From Bacteroidota bacterium (GTDB taxonomy: Bacteria; Bacteroidota; Bacteroidia; NS11-12g; UBA9320), in NCBI GenBank assembly GCA_013359235.1, contig JABWCE010000009.1, forward strand, positions 8,796 to 72,795: DNA of 64,000 bases, given 5' to 3'. Positions 40,801-49,465 of this stretch are shown here, piece after piece. The first letter of the stretch is position 1; each line of letters starts with the position of its first letter. The notes below the pieces were generated by a model. It worked only from the letters and a program-made list of their open reading frames with translations. It ran no database searches and was not told where the DNA came from. The position numbers were made by a program, and so were the translations under genes.

Positions 40801-43426
40801 TATTACCCAACCTTCTGCTCCACTATCAAGCAGTTTGACACAAGTAAATGTAAAATGTTATGGAGATGCTACAGGTTCAATTGATTTAACAGTAACAGGC
40901 GGAACAACTGGATATACATATTCTTGGACAGCAAGCGGAGGCGGCAGTGTGCCAAGCGGACAATCAACCAATCAAGATTTGACAGGTTTGATAGCCGGAA
41001 CATATTCTGTTACAATTACCGATGCAAATAACTGTACAAATACTAAGAGTACAACTATTACTCAACCTTCGGCTGCATTATCAAGTTCTTATACTAAAGT
41101 AGATGTTAAATGCTATAGTAATTCTACAGGTTCAATTGATTTAACAGTAACAGGCGGAACAACAGGATATACTTATTCTTGGACAGCAAGCGGAGGTGGA
41201 AGTGTACCATCAGGTCAATCAACCAATCAGGATTTGACAGGTCTTGTAGCCGGAACATATTCTGTAACTATTACTGATGCTAACGGCTGTACTGCTACTA
41301 ATTCTGTTACAATTACTCAACCATCAGCAGCATTGGCTTCTTCAAAAACAAGAATTGATGTAAAATGTAATGGTGATCCAACCGGTTCTATTGACTTAAC
41401 AGCAACAGGCGGAACAACTCCATACTCTTATTCATGGACTGCAACAGGCGGTGGTAGCGTACCTTCTGGTCAATCAACCAATCAAGATTTAACAGGGTTA
41501 GTTGATGGTTATTATTTTGTTACAGTAACGGATGCAAATGGTTGTACTACAAACGATTCTTCAGTAATAAAAGAACCTACTAAGCTTGTAATTTCACATA
41601 CAATTACAGATGTAAATTGCTATGGTGGTAATGATGGAGCAGTAAATATCACTGTTTCTGGTGGTATTTTGCCTTATACATTCAACTGGAGCAATAGTGC
41701 AACAACTGAAGATATTAACAACTTAATTTCAGGCAACTATTCAGTTACAGTAACCGATAAAAACGGTTGTACCATAAATGATGCCGGATACGTTAATCAA
41801 CCAACATTACTTGTTGCCACTCATATTGTAAGTGATGTAAATTGTTTCGATGGAAGTGACGGTGCTATCAATTTAACGGTTTCGGGAAGTGTTGCACCAT
41901 ACACATTTAGTTGGTCAAGCGGTGATAATACCGAAGATATTAGCGGAAAAACATTTGGTTGGTACAAAGTAAAAATAACTGATAGCCATAATTGTATTTT
42001 ATTCGACTCGGCTTATATTTCACAACCTGCGGCACCACTGGCATCAAGCGTAACAATTTCTGCTGTAAAATGCTTTGGAGGTAATGATGGCTCTGTTGAC
42101 CTTACAGTTACCGGAGGAACCTCTCCATATACTTATGCTTGGTCAAATAGCAGCACTACTCAGGATATTAATAATTTAATATTAGGTACATATTACGTTA
42201 CAATTACTGATAAAAATAATTGTATTTTGAAAGATACAGCTGATGTTACTCAACCTTTAGCTCCATTAGCTACTATCATTTCTAAGATATATGTAAAATG
42301 CTTTGGTGATGCAACCGGCTCGGCTGATTTAACAGTAAACGGAGGTACTACACCATACACTTATTTATGGTCAAACAGCAGTACAAATGAAGATTTAAGT
42401 AATTTAATTACCGGAAAATACAAAGTTCTTGTTACAGATAAAAATATGTGTACAATTACAGATTCTGTCTTCATCAAACAACCTTCTGCACCACTTTCAA
42501 GTACTATAAGTGCGGTAGCTGTTAATTGCTTTGGAGGTAATGATGGTTCTGTTTTATTCAATGTTGCTGGTGGAACATTGCCTTATACTTATTTGTGGTC
42601 AAATGGCGCTACAACACAAAATATTACTAATTTAACTCAAGGTAAATATGTTGTAACCGTTAGCGACTCAAGTGCATGTATTTTGAAAGATTCAATTGTT
42701 GTAACACAACCTACTGCTCCACTTAGTACTTCTACAATTATTGCAAATGTAAAATGCAAAGATGGCTCTGATGGTTCTGTTAACTTGACAGTTACAGGTG
42801 GTACAACTCCATATTCATTCAGTTGGAGTTCATCTCAAACATCAGAAGATATTTCAAATGTTCCTGCGGGGCATTATGTAGTTACAGTTACTGATAAAAA
42901 TCTCTGTGTTATAAAAGACAGTGCTGATGTAACAGAACCAACCAAGCTCCTTACAACAACCGATGGAACTTCTGCAACTCCAAGAATCAATAATGGACAT
43001 GTTTGGGTTATACCTACAGGAGGTACTCAGCCTTATTCATATACTTGGAGTATGACTTCACAGAATAATGACACAATACACAATGTAGGTATAGGTACTT
43101 ATTATGTAACAGTAACCGATGCCAATGGTTGCTCTAATAAAGATACAATCTTTGTACCCGAAGCACCTGTTCTTGAACTTATTAAATTATACCCCAATCC
43201 TACAATTGGATTTATTACTGTTTCAGAACTTGAAGCATTTGGTTTAGACCTTCCTATTACATTTGAATTATACGATTTGAAAGGTAAACTTAGAATGACT
43301 TTTGAAGTAATTGGTGTAAATACATATACTTTCAGATTTGATGATGCATTATACAATGGCTCTTATATTTTGAGAATGTATAACGACAGATACGAAGAAA
43401 ACAGAAAAGTATATCTATTAAGATAA
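34802..43426 (+). CDS. 2874-aa T9SS cargo: M4 (thermolysin-family) metalloprotease with FTP/PepSY propeptide, SxDPND domain, SprB repeats and type A CTD
   Basis: Signal peptide ending IYAQ; NNAFWNG, HEFSH (35897-35911), ALNESFAD, VH.NSG; SYDPNDIIGP (37010); many C.G...GSIDLTV.GGT.PY.Y.W repeats; C-terminal LYPNP...YDLKGK...G.Y.L. Confidence 0.92.
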   Translation: MKKLILNTAKVISIAMSLFVTNIYAQQNKELILEAEYNNSNLLFSFKPHPSWSYTSLENLPKVLSEIYNVSGNFTFKAMSTDKGEGYTVTKYMQTINGYPVDGGDIIISRKSNGQIEQIIGTLRDPLTIVPPTISSEKALEIANNTLEITPDDYFKIANEPIRQPKINLKYAALNGVENAKVVLCYEIEILTNKPTRVFLYINATNGNVEFYHKAMHTANGTGNSLYSGNGLAVNTKKISNTNYRLEDTARKIRTIYCYNDTLHNGSWIIAWDADNNFTSTWQKAGIDVHYGIAKTYDYFKTKHNRTSYDNNGTLIRNFYAYLPVDEARNGVTGYNNAFWNGSEMMYGTGDGNLFSALVSVDIAGHEFSHAVVEKTANLQYRNESGALNESFADIFGYCIEDFTEGGSNWQIGEDCFSPATAGDALRNMQTPKTPNTVHNAFKQPNCYDGTYWTSQVGCVPNDNNDLCGVHGNSGVGNYWFYLLTAGSGGDKQNDKNKTYNVTGITRAKSEKIVYRALSQFMTAHSDYKAARKATLLAAEKLYGYKSNEWKQVCNAWYAVNVGDKCCDTLEVKFDVINPKCHDSHDGEIDLTIKKKGGGKEPEYYWHKGDTTSVVFSRSQDVVGLDSGNYVVVIKDTVAKCEIVADTNLVAPDKLKLTVSGSGVIFGACQRSFTVTLTANASGGTEPYTYNWPNGIKEIICSGGSGFFRTYTATVIDKNNCTAEATAWVMYIPITCSYDPNDIIGPPSYGDKKWVSVNATLPYKIRYENDPKFATGPAQKVSITHPLDTNVDLTSFRLSSFGFYKYNFDVPSNSTTYSDRLDLRDSFGIYLDVTAGVDINTREAFWIFESIDPTTGVPPLDGNKGYLAINDTITHKGEGYVNYTIKPKSTAKTLDSIRAKATIVFDDNTPVPTPRIHNIIDAVAPTSYIKDVPAVIDSNIVEMYIKAKDDTLGSGVGYFNIFVSENDGPYNLVANKIQDTIYKFRGNFGSSYKAYSIAFDNTDNEENDKTSPDITFSIASNEFFKPIPSNTSLCSGDTLKIRWQRSFFNSIKLQYTADSGVSYTTFATNLSGSDTLYKWVIPSSISGIKKYFIRSLTSTDVVFDTSDIFELKQGPIVNLGRDTSLCDGTSFSFVLDAGSGYPSYKWNDSTTNQTKTVNTYGTYWVKVTASTGCKSTDEFKIIKNLLPVVSSKSTSNPMCFGDYNGSIDITVVSGTAPYKYKWNNNDSTQDLSSIAAGTYIVTITDVKTCSIKDTTLLTQPAKLTISHVISNVKCFGGSDGSVDITVTGGTAPYTYVWSNSATTQDLSGLAIGKYYLQVIDDHGCFAYDTIEITQPPKLAKSHTLTHVKCFGQSTGAFDVTITGGVTPYSYSWSNSSTNEDLTNVPAGTYYLTVTDANLCIIKDTGTITQPSAPLASTKTQVDVKCYGDATGSIDLTVTGGTPGYTYSWTASGGGSVPSGQSINQDLTGLIAGTYSVTITDANSCTLNNSATITQPAAPLASSNTKVDVKCFGDATGSIDLTVTGGTTSYSYSWTASGGGSVPTGQSTNQDLTGLIAGTYSVTITDANNCINTRSVTISQPTLLTSSGTQVNVKCYGDATGSIDLSVTGGTPVYTYSWTASGGGSVPSGQSTNQDLSGLIAGTYSVTITDAYNCIKTNSFTITQPSAPLASTKTQINVKCYGDATGSIDLTVTGGTPGYTYSWTASGGGSVPSGQSTNQDLTGLIAGTYSVTITDANSCTTNNSATITQPSAPLSSSLTQVNVKCYGDATGSIDLTVTGGTTGYTYSWTASGGGSVPSGQSTNQDLTGLIAGTYSVTITDANNCTNTKSTTITQPSAPITPSYTQVNVKCYSNSTGSIDLTVTGGTPGYTYSWTASGGGSVPSGQSTNQDLTGLVAGTYTVLITDANNCTKTVNVTITQPSAALSSSLTKVDVKCYGDATGSIDLTVTGGTTAYSYSWTASGGGSVPSGQSTNQDLTGLIAGTYSVTITDANSCTTTNSSTITQPSAPLSSSLTQVNVKCYGDATGSIDLTVTGGTTGYTYSWTASGGGSVPSGQSTNQDLTGLIAGTYSVTITDANNCTNTKSTTITQPSAALSSSYTKVDVKCYSNSTGSIDLTVTGGTTGYTYSWTASGGGSVPSGQSTNQDLTGLVAGTYSVTITDANGCTATNSVTITQPSAALASSKTRIDVKCNGDPTGSIDLTATGGTTPYSYSWTATGGGSVPSGQSTNQDLTGLVDGYYFVTVTDANGCTTNDSSVIKEPTKLVISHTITDVNCYGGNDGAVNITVSGGILPYTFNWSNSATTEDINNLISGNYSVTVTDKNGCTINDAGYVNQPTLLVATHIVSDVNCFDGSDGAINLTVSGSVAPYTFSWSSGDNTEDISGKTFGWYKVKITDSHNCILFDSAYISQPAAPLASSVTISAVKCFGGNDGSVDLTVTGGTSPYTYAWSNSSTTQDINNLILGTYYVTITDKNNCILKDTADVTQPLAPLATIISKIYVKCFGDATGSADLTVNGGTTPYTYLWSNSSTNEDLSNLITGKYKVLVTDKNMCTITDSVFIKQPSAPLSSTISAVAVNCFGGNDGSVLFNVAGGTLPYTYLWSNGATTQNITNLTQGKYVVTVSDSSACILKDSIVVTQPTAPLSTSTIIANVKCKDGSDGSVNLTVTGGTTPYSFSWSSSQTSEDISNVPAGHYVVTVTDKNLCVIKDSADVTEPTKLLTTTDGTSATPRINNGHVWVIPTGGTQPYSYTWSMTSQNNDTIHNVGIGTYYVTVTDANGCSNKDTIFVPEAPVLELIKLYPNPTIGFITVSELEAFGLDLPITFELYDLKGKLRMTFEVIGVNTYTFRFDDALYNGSYILRMYNDRYEENRKVYLLR
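39040..41580 (+). repeat. Ten tandem 255-nt (85-aa) near-identical SprB-type repeats
   Basis: Trp codon of SWT(A)xGGGSVP at 39143, 39398, 39650, 39905, 40160, 40415, 40670, 40925, 41180, 41435. Confidence 0.92.
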
Positions 43427-43439
43427 TTATAAATTAAAT

Positions 43440-43476
43440 AAAAGAACCTGTAAAATATTTTACAGGTTCTTTTTTT
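43440..43476 (+). terminator. Intrinsic terminator (perfect 34-bp palindrome plus T run)
   Basis: AAAAGAACCTGTAAAAT|ATTTTACAGGTTCTTTT then TTT, just after the giant operon. Confidence 0.85.
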
Positions 43477-43491
43477 AGCAATTAAATTAAT

Positions 43492-44085
43492 TTGAAACTA
43501 AATTTAAAATTTCTATTTTTTATATTTATTACAGCATTTGCACTGATATTATTAAATTGTGGTGATTGCCATAATACATGTATTCATGGGACAAGAGATA
43601 ATAGTTGCAAATGTGAATGTAACAATGGATGGATTGGCGTGAGTTGTGATCAACCGGAAAGTTCAAATTTGATAAGTGCAGAAAGTTATTATCCCGGTTA
43701 TTTTAAATATCAGACAGTTGATATTGAAATGACAACAAAAACCAATAATAGTAGTGATGATACATTATTTATAGATTCTGAAACTACATTTGGCGAATGG
43801 ATGTATTTCAGACTAATTGTAGATGATATAAATGACATAAATAACAAAAAATTTCCTGTTACAAAATCAAGTCTTAAAAACGAAGTTTGGTTAAGTCATT
43901 TACATCCATCAGTTACATCAAACGTATTTACTCCAACAACAAAAAAAACAATTGCAGGGTATTTAGAAATTGATAGTTTTAATCTTAGCCCAAAATTTTT
44001 AAAAGCTAAATTTCATGCTTCGCTTGAAGCGTCAAACATTGATACTTGTTTTATAAAAAACGGAATAATAGAATATAGTGAATAA
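43492..44085 (+). CDS. Lipoprotein with an EGF-like cysteine domain
   Basis: Lipobox LLNC; C...CIHG....C.C.C..GW.G.SC pattern; TTG start. Confidence 0.7.
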   Translation: MKLNLKFLFFIFITAFALILLNCGDCHNTCIHGTRDNSCKCECNNGWIGVSCDQPESSNLISAESYYPGYFKYQTVDIEMTTKTNNSSDDTLFIDSETTFGEWMYFRLIVDDINDINNKKFPVTKSSLKNEVWLSHLHPSVTSNVFTPTTKKTIAGYLEIDSFNLSPKFLKAKFHASLEASNIDTCFIKNGIIEYSE

Positions 44086-44146
44086 CACTTTTTAATTTCT
44101 TCATTTTTAATTATTTTTGAATAAATTATTTTTGACAGAGATAAAT

Positions 44147-47100
44147 ATGAAAAATGTATCTATTAAATTGATTTTTATAGGCTTTATTTTGATTTTATGT
44201 TCTAATAAATCTTATGGACAGGTCAATATTTTCGAAGTTATGGAAAATAAAAGCCTAAAGCTAGAAGAAGTAGAAAAAATAGCCGATAAATATTTTTTGC
44301 AAGTTGGCACAGGAAGGGGCACAGGTTACAAACAGTATCAGCGTTGGTGGTATGAAAGAAAATTTCATATTGATGAAAAAGGAAATTATATAAACCCAAG
44401 TACTGAAAATGACTTTTACAGTCAATTTCTAAAAACTCAAAAGTTTTATAAAGCTTCATCTGTTTGGAAAGAAATGGGACCTTATGCAAAAAACCCTACA
44501 AGCAGTTGGAATCCGGGAGTAGGCAGAATAACATCCGTAGCTATTCATCCTTCTGATACAACTGTAATTTATGTTAGTTCTCCTGGTGGAGGAATTTGGA
44601 AAAGTACCAACAGCGGCTCATCATGGACTCCACTAATAGATTATGTAAATAGCGGTTGGATGAATGTATATAACCTTTGTATTGATCCCTCAAATACAAA
44701 TACAATTTATGCTGCACCTTCGGGTGTTATTAAATCAAACGATGCCGGAAAAACATGGAACAATACCGGAAGTGGACCAAGTTCAGTAAAAAAAATACTT
44801 GTACATCCCTCAAATTCAAATATTGTTTTTGCTACAGGTTCAGGTGGTATTTGGAGGTCGGTAAATGCCGGAACAAGTTGGACAAAAGTAAGTTCTGTTT
44901 CGTCAATGGAAGATATTGAATTTAATCCTTATAATGTTAATGTAATGTATGCTTCCGGTTCGGGCTCTACGTCTATTCTACGTTCAAAAGATAATGGAAT
45001 AAATTGGACAAGTTTAAATTCATCAAATGGCATTGAAGCATCAGGACGAACTTTACTTGGAGTTTCGCCTGATAATCCCGCAATTGTTTATGCTGCTCAG
45101 GCAAGTGGTAGTATTTTTGGCAGGTTTTACAAATCAACTGATACAGGATACACTTACAAAGTATTAATAAAGGGAAGTGCTACAAACGGTACTAATTTTT
45201 TTGGATACGAACCTAATGGAAAAGGCACTACCGGCCAAGCTTCTTACGATATGGCAATGTGTGTTAATCCTAAAGATGTTGATGAAATTCATATTGCAGG
45301 AATTATTTGTTGGAAAAGTATTGATGGGGGAGATTCGTTTACTGCCGAAACAGTTTGGTCATACCCCAATTCAGTTGGTTATAACCATGCTGACGTACAT
45401 TCTCTTGAATGGATTAACAGCACTATATATTCAACCAGTGATGGTGGAATTTATAAAAGTACTAATAATGGTGGAGATTGGACAGACCTGACAAATGGTA
45501 TAGGCATTAGACAATTTTATAGAATTTCTTGCTCAAAAACCGACCCCGAAATCATTAGTGGAGGTGCTCAGGATAATGGTACTTCTTATCGCCAATCTAA
45601 TGGTGACTGGATAGATTGGCTTGGGGCTGATGGAATGGATTGTGTAATAAGCCCAACAAACTCTGAAATTGCAATTGGTACAAGTCAAAATGGGGGTATT
45701 TATAAAACAACAAATGCCGGAAAATCCAGAATAGGTCTTTCACAACCATCAAGTGGAAATTGGATAACTCCCTTAGCTATGCACCCTTTTAGTCATGATA
45801 CTGTTTTTGGCGGGTGGACAGGTATTTGGAAATCTGTAAATGGCGGTACAAACTGGTCAAATCTTACAACTTTTATTAAAAGTAAAATGAACACTCTTGC
45901 CGTAGCTCAAAACCCTAATTACATTTATGGCTCGGTTTATACAAAATTGTATAGAACTGTAAATGGTGGTAAAAATTGGGATTCTACAATTGTAAGTTCT
46001 GAAATTACCTCAATTTATATTAGTAAAAAAGATCCTAAAAAATTATGGATTACATGCAATAGTAGTTCAAACAGAGTATTTATATCTACCGATGGTGGTG
46101 CAAATTTTACAAATATATCATCAGGTTTACCATCTGTATCTGCCCGTTCGGTAGTTGTTGACGAAAATGATTCTGAAGATGTTTATGTAGGAATGAATAT
46201 TGGAGTATATCAACGAAGCAAAAACAACAGTAAATGGAATCAATATGGTACAGGTTTGCCACTTGTAGCAATAAACGAAATTGAAATTCAGGAAAAATCC
46301 GGCAAATTAAGAGTTGCTACTTATGGTAGAGGGTTGTGGGAATGTGACCTGAGAAGCAAAATTGATTGTGCAAAACCTTGGGGGCTAAATAGTACCGTAA
46401 TTGGATTGAAAAAAGCAAAATTAGTATGGAATAATACCACTACTGCTCAGAGTTATACAGTTGAGTACAAAACATCAGCAGCATCGAGTTGGTCAGTAAT
46501 TTCAGACTTAAATGATACAACTGTTTTGATTGAATCATTAACCCCCGGTGAAAAATATTATTGGAGAGTAAGGTCAAACTGCCCAACATGGGGCGATTTT
46601 TCACTCGATTCTTTTCAAACTCCCGAAGCCTGTAAAATTATTGATGCTGTTATTGTTGACAGTATAACAATAAATTCGGCAATTATTAACTGGAGCAATG
46701 TAAATTCATTAAGCTACATTGTAGAATACAAAGAAGTAAATTCCTCAACTTGGATAAGTTTGGGCAATGTTACTCAAAACCGCTTAGTATTATCGGGCTT
46801 AAAAGGTTTTACCGAGTACGATTTAAGAATAAAATCAATTTGTACTTATGATAGCAGCAATTTTTATAACACAACATTTATTACCGAAAGTTGTTCTATG
46901 GGTACGGGATTGCTTACCCGAAATCTTGGTTCAAATAGTGTAACTCTATACTGGGATAAGGTTTTTGGTGCAAACGAGTATCATGTTGAGTACAAAAAAG
47001 CAATTTCATCAGTTTGGGATAAAAAAATTAATACAATTGATACATTTTTAAATATTTCAAACCTTGAACAATTTACAGATTATGACTGGATGTTGCAACC

Positions 47101-47434
47101 ACTTTGTAGTAATGCAGAAACATATTCGACTTTCAAAACCAAAAAAGGTTCTGAAATTGGCGAGCATATTCCATCAAATTCATATTTAATTATAAATCCG
47201 GTACCTGCTGGTGATTTTATTAAATTTTCGTTTTTTATAAATAAAGATATGAAAAACATTGGAGTTGATGTAATTGACCTGCTTGGCAAGAAATTAATTT
47301 CAAAAAATATTGATTGTAAAAATGGCAAAGTATCAGAAACCTTGAATACAGAACAACTTGCAAATGGAATTTATTTCCTGATTTTGAAAACCCAAAATTC
47401 AGTTTATGTTCAAAAATTTATAATAGAAAAATAA
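44147..47434 (+). CDS. T9SS cargo: BNR/Asp-box (VPS10/GH74-like) beta-propeller, three FN3 domains and type A CTD
   Basis: Repeated S.D/N.G..W boxes, GG.QDNGT, ATYGRGLW, FN3 motifs, C-terminal NPVPA...DLLGK...L.NGIY.L; ATG at 44147 gives a signal peptide. Confidence 0.85.
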   Translation: MKNVSIKLIFIGFILILCSNKSYGQVNIFEVMENKSLKLEEVEKIADKYFLQVGTGRGTGYKQYQRWWYERKFHIDEKGNYINPSTENDFYSQFLKTQKFYKASSVWKEMGPYAKNPTSSWNPGVGRITSVAIHPSDTTVIYVSSPGGGIWKSTNSGSSWTPLIDYVNSGWMNVYNLCIDPSNTNTIYAAPSGVIKSNDAGKTWNNTGSGPSSVKKILVHPSNSNIVFATGSGGIWRSVNAGTSWTKVSSVSSMEDIEFNPYNVNVMYASGSGSTSILRSKDNGINWTSLNSSNGIEASGRTLLGVSPDNPAIVYAAQASGSIFGRFYKSTDTGYTYKVLIKGSATNGTNFFGYEPNGKGTTGQASYDMAMCVNPKDVDEIHIAGIICWKSIDGGDSFTAETVWSYPNSVGYNHADVHSLEWINSTIYSTSDGGIYKSTNNGGDWTDLTNGIGIRQFYRISCSKTDPEIISGGAQDNGTSYRQSNGDWIDWLGADGMDCVISPTNSEIAIGTSQNGGIYKTTNAGKSRIGLSQPSSGNWITPLAMHPFSHDTVFGGWTGIWKSVNGGTNWSNLTTFIKSKMNTLAVAQNPNYIYGSVYTKLYRTVNGGKNWDSTIVSSEITSIYISKKDPKKLWITCNSSSNRVFISTDGGANFTNISSGLPSVSARSVVVDENDSEDVYVGMNIGVYQRSKNNSKWNQYGTGLPLVAINEIEIQEKSGKLRVATYGRGLWECDLRSKIDCAKPWGLNSTVIGLKKAKLVWNNTTTAQSYTVEYKTSAASSWSVISDLNDTTVLIESLTPGEKYYWRVRSNCPTWGDFSLDSFQTPEACKIIDAVIVDSITINSAIINWSNVNSLSYIVEYKEVNSSTWISLGNVTQNRLVLSGLKGFTEYDLRIKSICTYDSSNFYNTTFITESCSMGTGLLTRNLGSNSVTLYWDKVFGANEYHVEYKKAISSVWDKKINTIDTFLNISNLEQFTDYDWMLQPLCSNAETYSTFKTKKGSEIGEHIPSNSYLIINPVPAGDFIKFSFFINKDMKNIGVDVIDLLGKKLISKNIDCKNGKVSETLNTEQLANGIYFLILKTQNSVYVQKFIIEK

Positions 47435-47435
47435 T

Positions 47436-48485
47436 TTACCACCAGAAAAAATCTGATGGTATTATTCCTGCCTTATAAGATTTTATAAAATGTCCGGTGG
47501 GAGAATATACCAGTATTTGTCCGCTACTTAAATAATCTCCAGCATCAGCAATCAAAATATTTCCGTTAGTTTTGTCAACTGTAAGCCCATAAAATGATGA
47601 ACCTTTTTTTTCGGCAATAATTGGATTTGAAGGCAATGAATTTGCATATTTCGAAAACTTGTAAATTCCCTTATATACAAACAAAAAGCTGTCATTTTCT
47701 TTGTTAAACTTTAATCGTATCGGATTAAAATCTGGTTTATCAAAAAGTATTTTCTTTTCAATTTTCATTTTCTTTTCATCAATGCAAAACAATCCGCCGG
47801 TTTTGTTTTTTGTAGCATCTCCCGAACACAAAACCCAAATTTTATTTGAATTATCATAGATTATAGATGAGCCTCCCCATGCTATTTCAAGGCTATCGCT
47901 TATTTTATCGGTCTCAGGATTTATTATATATACGTAATTGCTATTGTGGTTTGTAACCCAAACTTTATTGTTTACTAATATCATTTCTTCTGTCCAACCG
48001 CTACATTTTATTTCGCCCACTTTTGTAAAATTATTTGAGTTAACAATGCTTATAGCATTTGAATACAAATCAGAAACATATACTTTTTCTTCATTCACTT
48101 TTAAGGTATATCTGGGAGATTTAAAGTTTTTAATTGTTTGAACTGTCTTTAGATTTTCAGAATTTATTACTTCAATTTTTCCCGAATTGTTAATTACAAG
48201 CCATAGGTTTTCGCCAATCAAATTAATACTTTGCAATACATCGCCACACTTTCTGCCGTTTGCAGCATAAAACAAATCAGAATTGGTGTTTTTGCTTTCA
48301 TCTTTAAGATTTATGAAATACAAAGAAGCATTTCCAAGCCCAAATGTACCTTCGTTTGTAAGAAAAAATCCTTCATTTTTTGCAAAACCTGCTGGTGGTA
48401 TTTGCAATTTGACTTCATCTTCTTTGCAAGCTGAAAAAAATGTTATACAAGCAAAAAAGATAATTAACAATTTATAAAAATTCAT
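47436..48485 (-). CDS. BtuG-like (YncE/DUF5074) beta-propeller surface lipoprotein
   Basis: Lipobox FSAC; NEG.FG.GNASL, GDV.QS, V.NNSGKIEV, SPRY, YV.DLY, DA.DY...G, G.IP..F; riboswitch-controlled context. Confidence 0.8.
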   Translation of the reverse strand: MNFYKLLIIFFACITFFSACKEDEVKLQIPPAGFAKNEGFFLTNEGTFGLGNASLYFINLKDESKNTNSDLFYAANGRKCGDVLQSINLIGENLWLVINNSGKIEVINSENLKTVQTIKNFKSPRYTLKVNEEKVYVSDLYSNAISIVNSNNFTKVGEIKCSGWTEEMILVNNKVWVTNHNSNYVYIINPETDKISDSLEIAWGGSSIIYDNSNKIWVLCSGDATKNKTGGLFCIDEKKMKIEKKILFDKPDFNPIRLKFNKENDSFLFVYKGIYKFSKYANSLPSNPIIAEKKGSSFYGLTVDKTNGNILIADAGDYLSSGQILVYSPTGHFIKSYKAGIIPSDFFWW

Positions 48486-49465
48486 AGTTTTATAGCTTTG
48501 TAGTAGTAATATGAGTTTTTACCTGCAAATTTTAATATAAAAAAACCAAAAGGTATATCACTTGGGTTTAAAGTAATTGAATTATTGTTAACTTCAAACT
48601 CTTTATAAACGCTACCTTTATAATCAATAACTATTAATTTTAAATTACCTGTGCTTTTTAATTTTATATTTATTGCACTGTTAAAACCAAGTGGGTTTTG
48701 AGTAGAAATTTCTATATTATCATCAATTTTATCAACTCCTGAAATTGGCTTTTCATTAATCACTCCAATTGCATCAAGATCAAAGCCACCAGAGGCAAAC
48801 AGTGTAGGGTAGGGGTCGTTTATTTTTCGTTTGGCAGTATCAAAAGTTGCAAATTGATTGTTTAAACTACCTATAACATCTACAATTTTTACAAATCTTA
48901 TATTTTGTTTGTCAAGGTCTTTGTAATATGGTAACTCGCCTATATCAAACGGCGTTCCGAAGCCAAACCGGTATTTACCCGCTAAATTATTAATTTTTTC
49001 AGCATTAGTAGTTCCAAAAGCCGTTGTTTGAGTGCTTGTATCATTTAGCGAATGACAAGGGAAACGAAAAAACTTATTACCATCACTACTTACTTCTACA
49101 AATGCCAACTCAAGGTATTCATCGCTAAATGAGTTTTCGAAAACTGCAAAATCCCAACCATCGCCATCTATTATAGGTTGTGAAAAGCTGCAAATAGCTA
49201 TACCGCTATCTCCAAGGCTTACTATTCCATTTTCGCCGGCTGCTCCTATTGCCGAAAGGCTGTCGCCAATGGTAGTAAAACCTGAATCTTTATGTGCAAT
49301 ATCTTTCCATCCTCTAATTATTTTGCAACTTTTAGCCCAGTTCTTAATAATTGATGAATCTTTATAAATTGCCGAGCTTCCTGTTTTTCCTGCCGGCGGA
49401 TGATACTGGCATAATCCAACTTTTGCCAATAATATTGCTTGTAATATTAAAATAATTTTTTTCAT
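48482..49465 (-). CDS. Putative cobalamin-binding surface protein (BtuH-like) with a T9SS type A-like CTD
   Basis: SLGD.G, I.DG.G.DFAVFEN, E.AFVEVSSDG, FD...L....IRFVKIVD, GFDLDAIG; C-terminal NP...IDYKG...G.F.L; sits between btuB-like and btuG-like genes with 4-nt overlaps. Confidence 0.6.
   Translation of the reverse strand: MKKIILILQAILLAKVGLCQYHPPAGKTGSSAIYKDSSIIKNWAKSCKIIRGWKDIAHKDSGFTTIGDSLSAIGAAGENGIVSLGDSGIAICSFSQPIIDGDGWDFAVFENSFSDEYLELAFVEVSSDGNKFFRFPCHSLNDTSTQTTAFGTTNAEKINNLAGKYRFGFGTPFDIGELPYYKDLDKQNIRFVKIVDVIGSLNNQFATFDTAKRKINDPYPTLFASGGFDLDAIGVINEKPISGVDKIDDNIEISTQNPLGFNSAINIKLKSTGNLKLIVIDYKGSVYKEFEVNNNSITLNPSDIPFGFFILKFAGKNSYYYYKAIKL

Noticed and set aside
39040-41580. CRISPR-like periodic repeats
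   Set aside because: Period is 255 nt, in frame within a coding sequence, with synonymous variation, no unique spacers and no cas genes
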